This document shows, piece after piece, positions 36,409 through 51,500 of a DNA stretch of 64,000 nucleotides. How positions within the stretch are numbered: position 1 is the first letter of the stretch; the number at the start of each line of letters is the position of its first letter. Made by a program: the position numbers and the translations under genes. The DNA is taken from assembly GCF_964355755.1 (NCBI RefSeq), contig NC_092678.1, positions 22,399,365 through 22,463,364 of the forward strand, in the 5' to 3' direction. The DNA comes from Antedon mediterranea. Its lineage: Eukaryota > Animalia > Echinodermata. The notes beneath the pieces are model-generated. The model saw nothing but the letters and a program-made list of their open reading frames with translations, did no database searches and was not told where the DNA came from.

Positions 36409-39400
36409 ACTAGACATGTAACTCGTCACTTTGACGAGTTTGGTTATCCGCCGCGCAAGTGGTGCAACATTAACATTAAGGGGATAGGTTGAGGACAAAA
36501 GGAAGTGTTCACGTTGGCATTATGACCTGAACTGAAGAATATGATATGTTGTTATTGCTGAATTTTATTATTTAAATTCATATATAGTATACACAGTATA
36601 ATCTGTATCCATATCACATACAGTGTAGAATAGGTGAAATTACGGGACCCGCTATTTATTGCAATTTTTAACATGTTGACGGTTTTAAAATGAAACGCGA
36701 AGGTAGCAATTCCGAAAGGAAATTATCTCAGCAACAACGTATTAGCGTGTAGAAGAAATTTGAATACGTGAAATATTGATGCGCGCTCTTTTAAATGTAA
36801 TGAATTATGACGCAAAAGATGAAAATACGACCTTTTTTATATAACTAGCCATATGATGACGTCACAACATCCGATTGGCAACATTTTTACATAATTTCGT
36901 ATCTACAATCCAATAGCTTCCAGAAAAAGTTTTAATCGTGATTATCACATTTTATTCTTATGAGCTATAACAGATTAAAATTTACTGTAAAGATGAAATT
37001 AATGCCACACGTGATTTAAATTTTTAGGCATGATGACGTCAAAAAAATTAAAATATTTTTAACTCCTGCGAAAGATACTTGATTGACCTAGACAATATCA
37101 AAATCGGGGTGAAAATGGAAAACGGATAAGTGGAGATGCGCTCTATTCAATGTGATGAGCTATGACGAAAGGTACAAAAATCCTAAATTTTATATTCGCG
37201 TGGCCATACGATGACGTCACAATGTCCGGTTAGCCATATTAATACCTGATCCGATATCTACAACTCATCTACTTCCAGAATATGCCATCCACAAAAAGTT
37301 GACCGTCTAGTTTAGAAATTACGACTGTTTAAAAAAAGGCATATTTTAAACAAATTTTTTAACCTTTTCATAAAAAACGCGCGAAAATTGTCCAATTCGA
37401 CGTGCTCGTATGACGTATCTTTAAGTCGAAATTGTTTAAAATTTGGTAAAATTACTAGAAAAGGCTGGAAAAATATAAATCACGCGAAAAAAATACGTTT
37501 TCAATGCTACGTGCGCACCGCACACGTAAAAATGTGCGCACGCGTGGGAATTTTTGACATGCTTAAAACGACATGAATCGCGTAGAAAGTTGATTATAAA
37601 TTAATTTTGCGCATTTTGAAATTTTAAATGCGCGTGCGCGCGTAACTTTGTGTAAAACACGCAATTTTTTTTCAACAGAAAGTTAGCGCATGATATAAAT
37701 TAAACTTTTGCAAAGTTTCAAGTTGAAATGTTATTTGGTTGTCGAGCTATGTTAAATACGACAAAATCGTTAAATCGCGCGTAAGTCACGTTGCGCAATT
37801 GTAAACATCATGAAAAGCTTCGCTGCACATCTTCATGTGCATGGCGATATGTTGAGAAAGTTACAAAATGTTATGTTTGCAAGTTTTAGAGAAAAGCGAT
37901 CCACAAAAATCATACAGAAAGAAAGAAGACAAACTAGACATGTAACTCGTCACTTTGACGAGTTTGGTTATCCGCCGCGCAAGTGGTGCAACATTAACAT
38001 TAAGGGGATAGGTTGAGGACAAAAGGAAGTGTTCACGTTGGCATTATGACCTGAACTGAAGAATATGATATGTTGTTATTGCTGAATTTTATTATTTAAA
38101 TTCATATATAGTATACACAGTATAATCTGTATCCATATCACATACAGTGTAGAATAGGTGAAATTACGGGACCCGCTATTTATTGCAATTTTTAACATGT
38201 TGACGGTTTTAAAATGAAACGCGAAGGTAGCAATTCCGAAAGGAAATTATCTCAGCAACAACGTATTAGCGTGTAGAAGAAATTTGAATACGTGAAATAT
38301 TGATGCGCGCTCTTTTAAATGTAATGAATTATGACGAAAAAGATGAAAATACGACCTTTTTTATATAACTGGCCATATGATGACGTCACAACATCCGATT
38401 GGCAACATTTTTACATAATTTCGTATCTACAATCCAATAGCTTCCAGAAAAAGTTTTAATCGTGATTATCACATTTTATTCTTATGAGCTATAACAGATT
38501 AAAATTTACTGTAAAGATGAAATTAATGCCACACGTGATTTAAATTTTTAGGCATGATGACGTCAAAAAAATTAAAATATTTTTAACTCCTGCGAAAGAT
38601 ACTTGATTGACCTAGACAATATCAAAATTGGGGTGAAAATGGAAAACGGATAAGTGGAGATGCGCTCTATTCAATGTGATGAGCTATGACGAAAGGTACA
38701 AAAATCCTAAATTTTATATTCGCGTGGCCATACGATGACGTCACAATGTCCGGTTAGCCATATTAATACCTGATCCGATATCTACAACTCATCTACTTCC
38801 AGAATATGCCATCCACAAAAAGTTGACCGTCTAGTTTAGAAATTACGACTGTTTAAAAAAAGGCATATTTTAAACAAATTTTTTAACCTTTTCATAAAAA
38901 ACGCGCGCAAATTGTCCAATTCGACGTGCTCGTATGACGTATCTTTAAGTCGAAATTGTTTAAAATTTGGTAAAATTACTAGAAAAGGCTGGAAAAATAT
39001 AAATCACGCGAAAAAAATACGTTTTCAATGCTACGTGCGCACCGCACACGTAAAAATGTGCGCACGCGTGGGAATTTTTGACATGCTTAAAACGACATGA
39101 ATCGCGTAGAAAGTTGATTATAAATTAATTTTGCGCATTTTGAAATTTTAAATGCGCGTGCGCGCGTAACTTTGTGTAAAACACGCAATTTTTTTTCAAC
39201 AGAAAGTTAGCGCATGATATAAATTAAACTTTTGCAAAGTTTCAAGTTGAAATGTTATTTGGTTGTCGAGCTATGTTAAATACGACAAAATCGTTAAATC
39301 GCGCGTAAGTCACGTTGCGCAATTGTAAACATCATGAAAAGCTTCGCTGCACATCTTCATGTGCATGACGATATGTTGAGAAAGTTACAAAATGTTATGT

Positions 39401-39596
39401 TTGCAAGTTTTAGAGAAAAGCGATCCACAAAAATCATACAGAAAGAAAGAAGACAAATAAAAAGTTGATGTTGATGATTTCGTACAATCACAAGAGGTTA
39501 TCCTGCAACTTCGTTGCGGATAACCAATAAAAAGTTGATGTTGATGATTTCGTACAATCACAAGAGGTTATCCTGCAACTTCGTTGCGGATAACCA
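36409..39596 (-). mobile_element. Two near-identical long-subfamily elements, one nested in the other
   Basis: 1524-bp bodies at 36409-37932 and 37933-39456, followed by two identical 70-bp termini (39457-39526, 39527-39596). Confidence 0.85.
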
Positions 39597-42500
39597 ACTA
39601 GATTTGAACTCGTCACTACGGACGAGTTAGGTTATCCGCAGCGCAAAGGCCACGTGCACGTCATACGTTAAAATATTGCGCGCAGAAAAACCATTAAGTC
39701 ATTGAAACAATTTCAGTGTGCTCTCTATTTTTCGTCACGTCTGAGTATATACGGTATACGCTATATACTGTATACGTACTACATACAGTGCAGAATAGGT
39801 GAAAATAAGTGACCAAAGTTATTGACGCTTTTGGACATGATGACGTCATCACAATTTCTAAAATGGTTAATCATGCGAAAGATAATTGATTGACCTAGAC
39901 AATATAAAGAAATGGAGTGCAATGGAATACGGATAACCGGAGATGCGCTCTATTAAATGTGATGAGCTATACGAAAGAGAAAAAAATCCTATATTTTATA
40001 TTCGAGTAGCCATACGATGACGTCACAATGTCCTGTTAGCCATATTGATACATGATTCGATATCTACAACTCATCTACTACCAGAATATGTAATTATAAA
40101 AAAGTTCACCACGTAGTTTAGAATCTATGACTGTTTAAAAAAAGGCAAAATTTTGACAAGTTTTTAGACTTTTTCATCAAAATTGCGCGCAAATTGTTTA
40201 ATTCTACGTGCTCGTATGACGAGATTTTAAGGCAAAATTGATTGAAAGTTGGTAAATTTATTATAAAAGACAGAAAAAACAAAAATCAAGCAAAAAAAAG
40301 ATATTTTTGCGCTACGTGCGCACGTGCGCGTAAGAAAAGTGCGCAAGCGTGGGAATTTTTGAAATGCTCAAAATGACATAAAACGCGTAGAAAGTTGATT
40401 AGAAATTGATTTTTCGCATTTTGAAATTTTAAACGCGCGTGCGCGCGTAACTTTTTGCGCAACCTGCCATTTTTAATCTACAGTAAGTTTGCGCTTTATA
40501 TGACTTAAATTTTCACCAAGTTTCAATACAAAATGACTTTTGGTTTTTAATCTATGATCAATAATTGAAATTCATAAAATCGCGCGTAACTTACGCTGCG
40601 CGACTCGAAATTTGAAAAAAAAAGTTTCTTGCACATCTACAGATATAGGGCAATCTTTTTACAAAGTTATACAATCTTCTGTTGGCTAGAATTAGAGATA
40701 CGCTGCCCACAAAAAATGGGAGAGAAGTGTGGAAAGAAAGAAATAAATACTAGATTTGAACTCGTCACTACGGACGAGTTAGGTTATCCGCAGCGCAAAA
40801 GCCACGTGCACGTCGTTCGTTAGAATATTGCGCGCAGAAGTACGATTATGCCATTGAAAAAATGTTAGTGCGTTCTCTATTTTGCGTCACGTCAAATTGT
40901 ATACGGTATACGCTATATACTGTATACGTACTACGTACAGTGCAGAATAGGTGAAAATAAGTGACCAAAGTTATTGACGCTTTTGGACGTGATGACGTCA
41001 TCACAATTTCTAAAATGGTGAATCATGCGAAAGATAATTGATTGACCTAGACAATATAAAGAAATGGAGGGAAATGGAATACGGATAAGTGGAGATGCGC
41101 TCTATTAAATGTTATGAGCTATACGAAAGAGAAAAAAATCCTATATTTTATATTCGAGTGGCCATACGATGACGTCACAATGTCCTGTTAGCTATATCGA
41201 TGCATGATTCGATATCTACAACTCATCACCTTCCAGAATGTGTAATTAAAAAAAAGTTCACCACGTAGTTTATAATCTATGACTTTTTAAAAAAAAGCAT
41301 AATTTTCACGAATTTTTTAACTTTTTCATCAAAAACGCGCGCAAATTGTTCAATTCTACGTGCTCGTATGACGTGATTTTAAGTTGAAATTGATTGAAAA
41401 TTGGTAAATTTACTAGAAAAGGGTGGAAAAACAAAAATCAAGCAAAAAAAAGATGTTTTTGCGCTATGTGCGCACGCGCGCGTAAGAAAAGTGCGCACGC
41501 GTGGGAATTTTTGAAATGCTCAAAATGACATGAAACGCGTAGAAAGTTGATTAGAAATTGATTTTTCGCATTTTGAAATTTTAAACGCGCGTGCGCGCGT
41601 AACTTTCTTTAAAAGATGCCATTTTCTCTCCATAGAAAGTTAGCGCATGATATGACTTAAATTTTCACCAAGTTTCAATACAAAATGACATATAGTTTTT
41701 ATTCTATGATCAATCATTGAAATTCATAAAATCGCGCGTAACTTACGCTGCGCGACTCAAAATTCATAAAAAAAAGTTTCTTGCACATCTACAGCTACAG
41801 GATAATCTTTTGACAAAGTTATACAATCATATGTTGGCCAGAATTAGAGATACGCTGCCAACAAAAAATGGGAGAGAAGTTTGTAAAGAAAGAAATAAAT
41901 ACTAGATTTGAACTCGTCACTACGGACGAGTTAGGTTATCCGCAGTCCTAAAGCCACGTGCACGTCATACGTTGGAATATTGCGCGCAGAAAAACGATTA
42001 TGCCATTGAAAAAATGTGAGTGCGCTCTCTATTTTGTGTCACGTCAAAGTGTATACGGTATACACTATATACCGTATACGTACTACATACAGTTCAGAAT
42101 AGGTGAAAATAAGTGACCAAAGTTATTGACGCTTTTGGACATGATGACGTCATCACAATTTTTAAAATGGTGAATCGTGCGAAAGATAATTGATAGACCT
42201 AGACAATATAAAAAAAATGGGGGGAAATGGAATACAAATAAGTGAAGATGCGCTATATTAAATGTTACGAGCTACGAGGAAAGAGACAAAAATCCTATAT
42301 TTTATATTCGAGTGGCCATATGATGACGTCACAATGTCCGGTTAGCCATATTGATGCATGATTTGATATCTGCAACTCATCTACTACCAGAATATGTAAT
42401 TATAAAAAAGTTCACCACGTAGTTTAGAATTTATGACTGTTTAAAAAAAGGCATAATTTTGACTAATTTTTTAACTTTTTCATCAAAAATGCGCGTAAAT

Positions 42501-45500
42501 TGTTTAATTCTACGTGCTCGTATGACGTGATTTTAAGTCGAAATTGTTTGAAAGTTGGTAAATTTTCTAAAAGAGACAGGAAAAACAAAAATCAAGCAAA
42601 AAAATGATGTTTTTGCGCTACGTGCGCACGTGCGCGTAAAAAAATTGCGCACGCATGGGAATTTTTGAAATGCTCAAAATGACATGAAACGCGTAGAAAG
42701 TTGATTAGATATTGATTTTTCGCATTTTAAAATTTTAAACGCGCGTGCGCGCGTAACTTTTTGTAAAACATGTCATTTTTAATCAATAGAAAGTTTGCGC
42801 ATTATATGACTTAAATGTTCACCAAGTTTCAATATAAAATGAATTTTAGTTTTTAATCTACGATCAATCATTGAAATTCATAAAATCGCGCGTAACTTAC
42901 GCTGCGCAACTCCGAAATCGTCCAAAAGCTTGGCTGCACATCTACAGCTACAGGTCAATCTTATGACAAAGTTATACAATGTTATATTTGCCAGAATTAG
43001 AGATATGCGACCAACAAAATTCGTGGAAAGAAAGAAGAACAAAGAAAAAGAAAAAGAAAAAAAAAAAAAAAAAAAAAAAGATCCTGACAATAACAAGGGG
43101 TTATCCGCCAAGTGCGGATAACCAACTAGATTTGAACTCGTCACTACGGACGAGTTAGGTTATCCGCATCGCAAAACCCACGCGCATGACACCTAAGTTA
43201 GAATATTGCGCGCAGAAAAACGATTATGCCATTGAAAAAATGTTAGTGAGCCCTCTATTTTGTGTCGCATCTAAGTGTGTACGGTATACACTATATACTG
43301 TATACGTACTACATACAGTGCAGAATAGGTGAAAATAAGTGACCAAAGTTATTGACGCATTTGAACATGATGACGTCATCACAACTTTAAAAATGGTGAA
43401 TCATGCGAAAGATAATTGATTGATCTAGACAATATAAAAAAATTGAGTGAAATGGAATAAAGATAAGTAGAGATGCGCTCTATTAAATTGACGAGCTATG
43501 ACGAAAGAGAAAAAAATCCTATATTTTATATTCGGGTGGCCATACGATGACGTCACAATGTCCGGTTAGCCATATCAATGCATGATTCGAGAAAAACAAC
43601 TCATCTACTTCCAGAATATGTAATTTTAAAAAAGTTCACCACGTAGTTTAGAATTTATGACTGTTTAAAAAAACGTCTAATTTTGACGATTTTTTGAAGT
43701 TTTTCATCAAAAACACGCGCAAATTATCCAATTCTACGTGCTCGTGTGACGTGATTTTAAGTCGAAATTGATTGAAAATTTATAAATTTACTAGAAAAGG
43801 CTGAAAAAACAAAAATCAAGCAAAAAAAAGATGTTTTTGCGCAACGTGCGCATGCGCGCGTAAAAAAATTGCGCACGTGTGGGAATTTTTGAAATGCTCA
43901 AAATGACATGAAACGCATAGAAAATTGATTAGAAATTGATTTTTCGCATTTTGAAATTTTAAAGGCGCGTGCGCGCGTAACTTTATGTAAAACATGCCAT
44001 TTTTAATCCATAGAAAGTTTGCGCATGATATGACTTAAATTTTCACCAAGTTTCAATACAAAATGACATTTGGTTTTTAATCTATGATCAATCATTGAAA
44101 TTCATAAAATCGCACTTAACTTACGCTGCGCGACTCTAAAGTAAAAAAACGAAACGTCCTGCACATCTACCGCTACAGGTCAATATTATGACAAAGTTAC
44201 ACAATCTTATGTTGGCCAGAATTAGAGATATGCGACCAACAAAATTCGTGGAAAGAAAGAAGAAAATAGAAAAAAAAAGAGAAAAAAAATAAAAAAAAAA
44301 AGATCCTGACAATAACAAGGGGTTATCCGCCAAGTGCGGATAACCAACTAGATTTGAACTCGTCACTACGGACGAGTTAGGTTATCCGCCTCGCAAACGC
44401 CACGTGCACATCAAACGTTAGAATATTGCGCACAGAAAAACGATTATGCCAATGAAAAAATGTTAGTGCGCTCTCTATTTTGTGTCACGTCTAAATATAT
44501 ACAGTATAACACTATATTCTGTATACGTACTACATACAGTTCAGAATAGGTGAAAATAAGTGACCAAAGTTAATGACGCTTTTGCACATGATGACGTCAT
44601 AAAAAATTTTAAAATGGTGAATCATGCGAAAGATAATTGATTGACCTAGACAATATAAAGAAATGGAGGGCAATGGAATACGGATAAGTGGAGATGCGCT
44701 CTATTAAATGTGATGAGCTAAGACGAAAGTGAAAAAAATCCTATATTTTATATTTGAGTGGCCATACGATGACGTCACAATGTCCGGTTAGCTATATTGA
44801 TGCATGATTCGATATCTACAACTCATCTACTTTCAGAATCTGTAATTTTAAAAAAGTTCACCACGTAGTTTAGAATCTATGACATTTTAAAAAAAGGCAT
44901 AATTTTCACGAATTTTTGAACTTTTTCATCAAAAACGCGCGCAAATTTTTCAATTCTACGTGCTCGTATGACGTGATTTTAAGTCGAAATTGTTTGAAAG
45001 TTGGTAAATCTACTAAAAAAAGACAGGAAAAACAAAAATCAAGCCAAAAAATGATGTTTTTGCGCTACGTGCGCACGCGCGCGTAAAAAAATTGCGCACG
45101 TGTGGTAATTTTTGAAATGCTCAAAATGACATGAAACGCGTAGAAAGTTGATTAGAAGTTGATTTTTCGCATTTTGAAATTTTAAACGCGCGTGCGCGCG
45201 TAACTTTTTGCGCAACATGCCATTTTTAATCCATAGAAAGTTTGCGCTTAATATGACTTAAATTTTCACCAAGTTTCAATACAAAATTACTTTTGGTTTT
45301 TAATCTACGATCAATCATTGAAATTCATAAAATCGCGCGTAACTTACGCTGCGCAACTCAGACTGGACCGAAAACCTTATTACGACATCTTCAGATAGAG
45401 GTCAATCTTCTGATAAAGTTATACAATGTTATGTTAAGAAGATTTTGAGATACACGCGCAACAAAATTCTGGGAAAGAAAGAAGAAAAAAGAAAAAAAAG

Positions 45501-48500
45501 AAAAAAAAAAAAAAAAAAAAGATCCTGACAATAACAAGGGGTTATCCGCCAAGTGCGGATAACCAACTAGATTTGAACTCGTCACTACGGACGAGTTAGG
45601 TTATCCGCGGCGCAAAAGCCACGCGCATGACACCTAAGTTAGAATATTGCGCGCAGAAAAACGATTATACCATTGAAAAAATGTTAGTGAGCCCTCTATT
45701 TTGCGTCGCGTCTAAGTGTGCACGGTATACACTATATACTGTATACGTACTACATAAAGTGCAGAATAGGTGAAAATAAGTGACCAAAGTTGTTGACGAT
45801 TTTGCAAATGATGACGTTATAACAGTCTTAAAAATTGTTAACCATGCGAAAGATAATTGATTGACCTAGACAATATAAAAAAATTGAGGGAAATGGAATA
45901 CGGATAAGTAGAGATGCGCTCTATTAAATGTGACCAGCTATGACGAAAGAGAAAAAACTCCTATATTTTATATTCGAGTGGCCATACGATGACGTCATAA
46001 TGCTTGGTTAGCCATATTAATGCATGATTCGATAAAAACAACTCATCTACTTCCAGAATATGTAATTTAAAAAAAGTTCACCGCGTAGTTTAGAATTTAT
46101 GACTGTTTAAAAAAAGGCATAATTTTGACGAATTTCTGAACTTTTTTTTAAAAATGCGCGCAAATTGTCAAATTTTAAGTGCTCGTATGAGGTGATATTA
46201 AGTCGAAATTGTATAAAAATTGGTAAAATTACTAGAAAATACTGGAAAAACAAAAATCAAGCAAAAAAAAATTGTTTTTGCGCTACGTGCGCACGCGCGC
46301 GTAAAAAAAGTGCGCATGCCTGGCAATTTTTGAAATGCTCAAAATGACATGAAACGCGTAGAAAGTTGATTAGAAGTTGATTTTTTGCATTTTGAAATTT
46401 TAAACGTGCGTGCGCACGTAACTTTTAGCGCAATCTGCCATTTTTAATCCATAGAAAGTTTGCGCTTGATATGACTTAAATTTTCACCAAGTTTCAATAC
46501 AAAATGACTTTTGGTTTTTAATCTATGATCAATCATTGAAATTCATAAAATTGCGCGTAACTTACGCTGCGCGACTCAAAATTCATAAAAAAAAGTTTCT
46601 TGCACATCTACAGCAACAGGGCAATATTTTTCCAAAGTTATACAATCATATGTTGGCCAGAATTAGAGATAGGCTGCGAACAAAATTCGTGGAAAGAAAG
46701 AAGAATAAAGAAAAAAAAAAAAAAAAAAAAAAAAGATCCTTACAATAACAAGGGGTTATCCGCCAAGTGCGGATAACCAACTAGATTTGAACTCGTCACT
46801 ACGGACGAGTTAGGTTATCCGCAGTCCTATAGCCACGTGCACGTCATACGTTGGAATATTGCGCGCAGAAAAACGATTATGCCATTGAAAAAATGTGAGT
46901 GCGCTCTCTATTTTGTGTCACGTCAAAGTGTATACGGTATACACTATATACCGTATACGTACTACATACAGTTCAGAATAATTGAAAATAAGTGACCAAA
47001 GTTATTGACGCTTTTGCACATGATGACGTCATAACAATTTTTAAAATGGTGAATCATGCGAAAGATAATTGATTGACATAGACAATATAAAGAAATGGAG
47101 GGCAATGGAATACGGATAAGTGGAGATGCGCTCTATTAAATGTGATGAGCTATACGAAAGAGAAAAAAATCCTATATTTTATATTCGAGTGGCCATACGA
47201 TGACGTCACAATGTCCTGGAAGTCATATTGATACATGATTCGATATCTACAACTCATCTACTACCAGAATATGTAATTATAAAAAAGTTTACCACGTAGT
47301 TTAGAATCTATGACTGTTTAAGAAAAGGCATAATTTTGACAAATTTTTGGACTTTTTCATCAAAATTGCGCGCAAATTGTTTAATTCTACGTGCTCGTAT
47401 GACGAGATTTTAAGGCAAAATTGATTGAAAATTGGTAAATATATTATAAAAGACAGAAAAAACAAAAATCAAGCAAAAAAAAGATGTTTTTGCGCTACGT
47501 GCGCACGCGCGCGTAAAAAAATTGCGCAAGCCTGGGAATTTTTGAAATGCTCAAAATGACATGAAACGCGTAGAAAGTTGATTAGAAATTGATTTTTCGC
47601 ATTTTGAAATTTTAAACGCGCGTGCGCGCGTAACTTTCTGTAAAACATGCCATTTTCTCTCCATAGAAAGTTAGCGCATGATATGACTTAAATTTTCACC
47701 AAGTTTCAATACAAAATGACATATAGTTTTTATTCTATGATCAATCATTGAAATTCATAAAAATCGCGCGTAACTTACGCTGCGCGACTCAAAATTCATA
47801 AAAAAAAGTTTCTTGCACATCTAAAGCTACAGGGCAATCTTTTGACAAATTTATACAATCATATGTTGGCCAGAATTAGAGATACGCTGCCAACAAAAAA
47901 TGGGAGAGAAGTGTGTAAAGAAAGAAATAAATACTAGATTTGAACTCGTCACTACGGACGAGTTAGGTTATCCGCAGCGCAAAGGCCACGTGCACGTCAT
48001 ACGTTAGAATATTGCGCGCAGAAAAACGATTAAGGCATTGAAACAATTTCAGTGTGCTCTCTATTTTTCGTCACGTCTGAGTGTATACGGTATACCCTAT
48101 ATACTGTATACGTACTACATACAGTCCAGAATAGGTGAAAATAAGTGACCAAAGTTATTGACGCTTTTGAACATGATGACGTCGTCACAATTTTGAAAAT
48201 GGTGAATCGTGCGAAAGATAATTGATAGACCTAGACAACATAAACAAATGGGGGGAAATGGAATACAAATAAGTGGAGATGCGCTATATTAAATGTGACG
48301 AGCTACGAGGAAAGAGACAAAAATCCTATATTTTATATTCGAGTGGCCATACGATGACGTCACAATGTCCGGTTAGCCATATTGATGCATGATTTGATAT
48401 CTGCAACTCATCTACTTTCAGAATATGTAAAAAAAAATAAAATTCACCATGTAGTTTAGAATCTATGACTGTTCAAAAAAAGGTATAATTTTGACACATT

Positions 48501-51500
48501 TTTGAAATTTTTTTAAAAAAACGCGCACAAATTGTTCAATTTTACGTGCTCGTATGACGTGATTTTAAGTCGAAATTGTTTGAAAGTTGGTAAAATTACT
48601 AGAGAAGGCTGAAAAAACAAAAATCAAGCAAAAAAAACATGTTTTTGCGTTACGTGCGCACGCGCGCGTAAAAATATTGCGCACGCGTGGGAATTTTTGA
48701 AATGCTCAAAATGACATGAAACGCGTAGAAAGTTGATTAGAAATGAATTTTGCGCATTTTGAAATTTTGAACGCGCGTGCGCGCGTAACTTTCTGTAAAA
48801 CCTGCCATTTTTAATCCATAGAAAGTTTGCGCATGATATAACTTAAATTTTCACCAAGTTTCATTAGAAAATGACTTTTGGTTTTTAATCTATGATCAAT
48901 CATTGAAATTCATAAAATTGCGCGTAACTTACGCTGCGCAACTCAAAAATCAAAAAACAAAGTTTCTTGCACATCTACAGATATAGGTCAATCTTATGAC
49001 AAAGTTATACAATCTTATGTTTGCCAGAATTAGAGATACGCTCCCAACAAAATTCGTGGAAAGAAAGAAGAATAAAGAAAAAAAAAAAAAAAAAAAAGAT
49101 CCTGACAATAACAAGAGGTTATCCGCCAAGTGCGGATAACCAACTAGACATGTAACTCGTCACTTTGACGAGTTAGTTATCCGCACGACAAAGGCCACGT
49201 AGACGTCATACGTTAGAATATTGCACACAGAAAAAGATTTTGGCAATATGACCTGAACTGAAGAATATGATATGTTGTTATTGCTGAATTCTGTTATTTT
49301 GTGTCATATTATATATACAATATAATCTGTATACATATTACATACTGTGTAGAATAGGTGAAATGACTGGACCCGCCATTTATTCCAATTTTTAACATAG
49401 CGACGGTATCAAAATGAAATACTAAGATAGCAATTTCGAAAGGAAATTATCTCGGCAACAACATATTAATGTGTAGAAGAAATTTAAATACGTAAAATAT
49501 TGATGCGCGCTCTTTTAAATGTGATGAATTATGACGCAAAAGATGAAAATACGACTTTTTTTATTTAACTGGTCATATGATGACGTCAGAACATCCGATT
49601 GGCAAAATGTTTACATAAATTCGTATCTACAATCCAATAGCTTCCAGAAAACGTTTTAATCATGATTATCACGTTTTATTCTGACGAGCTATAACAGATT
49701 GAAATTTACTGTAAAGACGAAAATAAGTGACCCACGTTATTTACATTTTTAGACATGATGACGTCATAAAAATTAAAATATTTTTAACACATACGAAAGA
49801 TAGTTGATTGACCTAGATAATATAAAAATCGGGGTAAAAATGGAACACAGATAATTGGAGATGCGCTCTATTAAATGTCATGCGCTATGATGAAAGATAC
49901 AAAAATCCTATATTTTATATTCGCGTGGCCATACGATGACGTCACAATGTCCGGTTAGCCATATTATTACATGATCCGATATCTACACCTCATCAACTTC
50001 AAGAATATGTCATCCACAAAAAGTTGACCGTCCAGTTTAGAAATTACGACTGTTTAAAAAAAGGCATAATTTTGACAAATTTTAACAAATTTTTACCTTT
50101 TTCATCAAAAACCCACGTAAATTATCCAATTCGACGTGCCCGTATGACGTAATTTTAAGTCTAAATCGTTTAAAAGTTGGTAAAATTACTACAAAAGGCT
50201 GGAAAAACATAAATCACGTGAAAAAAATTGTTTTCAACGCTACGTGCGCACGGCGCGCGTAAAAAAATGCGCACGCGTGGGAATTTTTTACCTGCTCAAA
50301 ATGACATGAAACGCGTAGAAAGTGGATTAGAAATTGATTTTTCGCGTTTTGAAATTTTAAACGCGCGTGCGCGCGTAACTTCGTGTAAAACATGCCATTT
50401 TTTTTACAAAGTCAGTTAGCGCAAGATATAACTAAAACTTTTGTTAAGTTTCAATTTAAATTGTTATATGGTTTTCGATGTATGTTAAATACGCGAAATT
50501 CGTTAAAACGCGCGTAAGTCATGTTGTGCAATTCTGACGTCATTCAGAAATAGAAAAGCACAACTTCAGGTGAATACCCATATGTTGACAAAGTTTTGAA
50601 ATGTTAACTTTACACGTTTTTGAGATATGCTCTGCACAAAAATGACAGAAAGAAAGAATAATACAGAAAAAAAAAAAAGATGATGAAACAGGACAGTTAC
50701 AAGGAGTTATCCGCTGAGTGCGGATAACTAACTAGATTTGAACTCGTCACTACGGACGAGTTAGGTTATCCGCATCGCAAACGCCACGCGCACGTCATAC
50801 GTTAGAAGATTGCGCTCAGAAAAATGATTATGCCATTGAAAAAATGTTAGTGTGCCCTCTATTTTGTGTCACGTCTAAGTATATACAAAATAACACTATA
50901 CATACGTACTACATACAGTTCAGAATAGATGAAAATAAGTGACCAAAGTAATTCACGCTTTTGGACATGATGACGTCATCACAATTTTACAAATGGCAAA
51001 TCATTTGAAAGATAATTGAAGGACCTAGACAATATAAAGAAATGGGGGAAATTGAAGACGGATAAGTAAAGATGCGCTCTATTAAATTTGACGAGCTATG
51101 ACGAAAGAGAAAAAAATCCTATATTTTATATTCGGGTGGCCATACGATGACGTCACAATGTCCGGTTAGCCATATCAATGCATGATTCGAGAAATAAAAC
51201 TCATCTACTTCCAGAATATGTAATTTAAAAAAAGTTCACCATGTAGTTTAGAATTTATGACTGTTTAAAAAAAGGTCTAATTTTGACGAATTTTTGAACT
51301 TTTTCATCAAAAACGCGCGCAAATTATCCAATTCTACGTGCTCGTGTGACGTGATTTAAAGTCGAAATTGATTGAAAATTTATAAATTTACTAGAAAAGG
51401 CTGAAAAAACAAAAAACAAGCAAAAAAAGGATGTTTTTTCGCTACGTGCGCACGCGCGCGTAAAAAAATTGCGCACGCGTGGGAATTTTTGAAATGCTCA

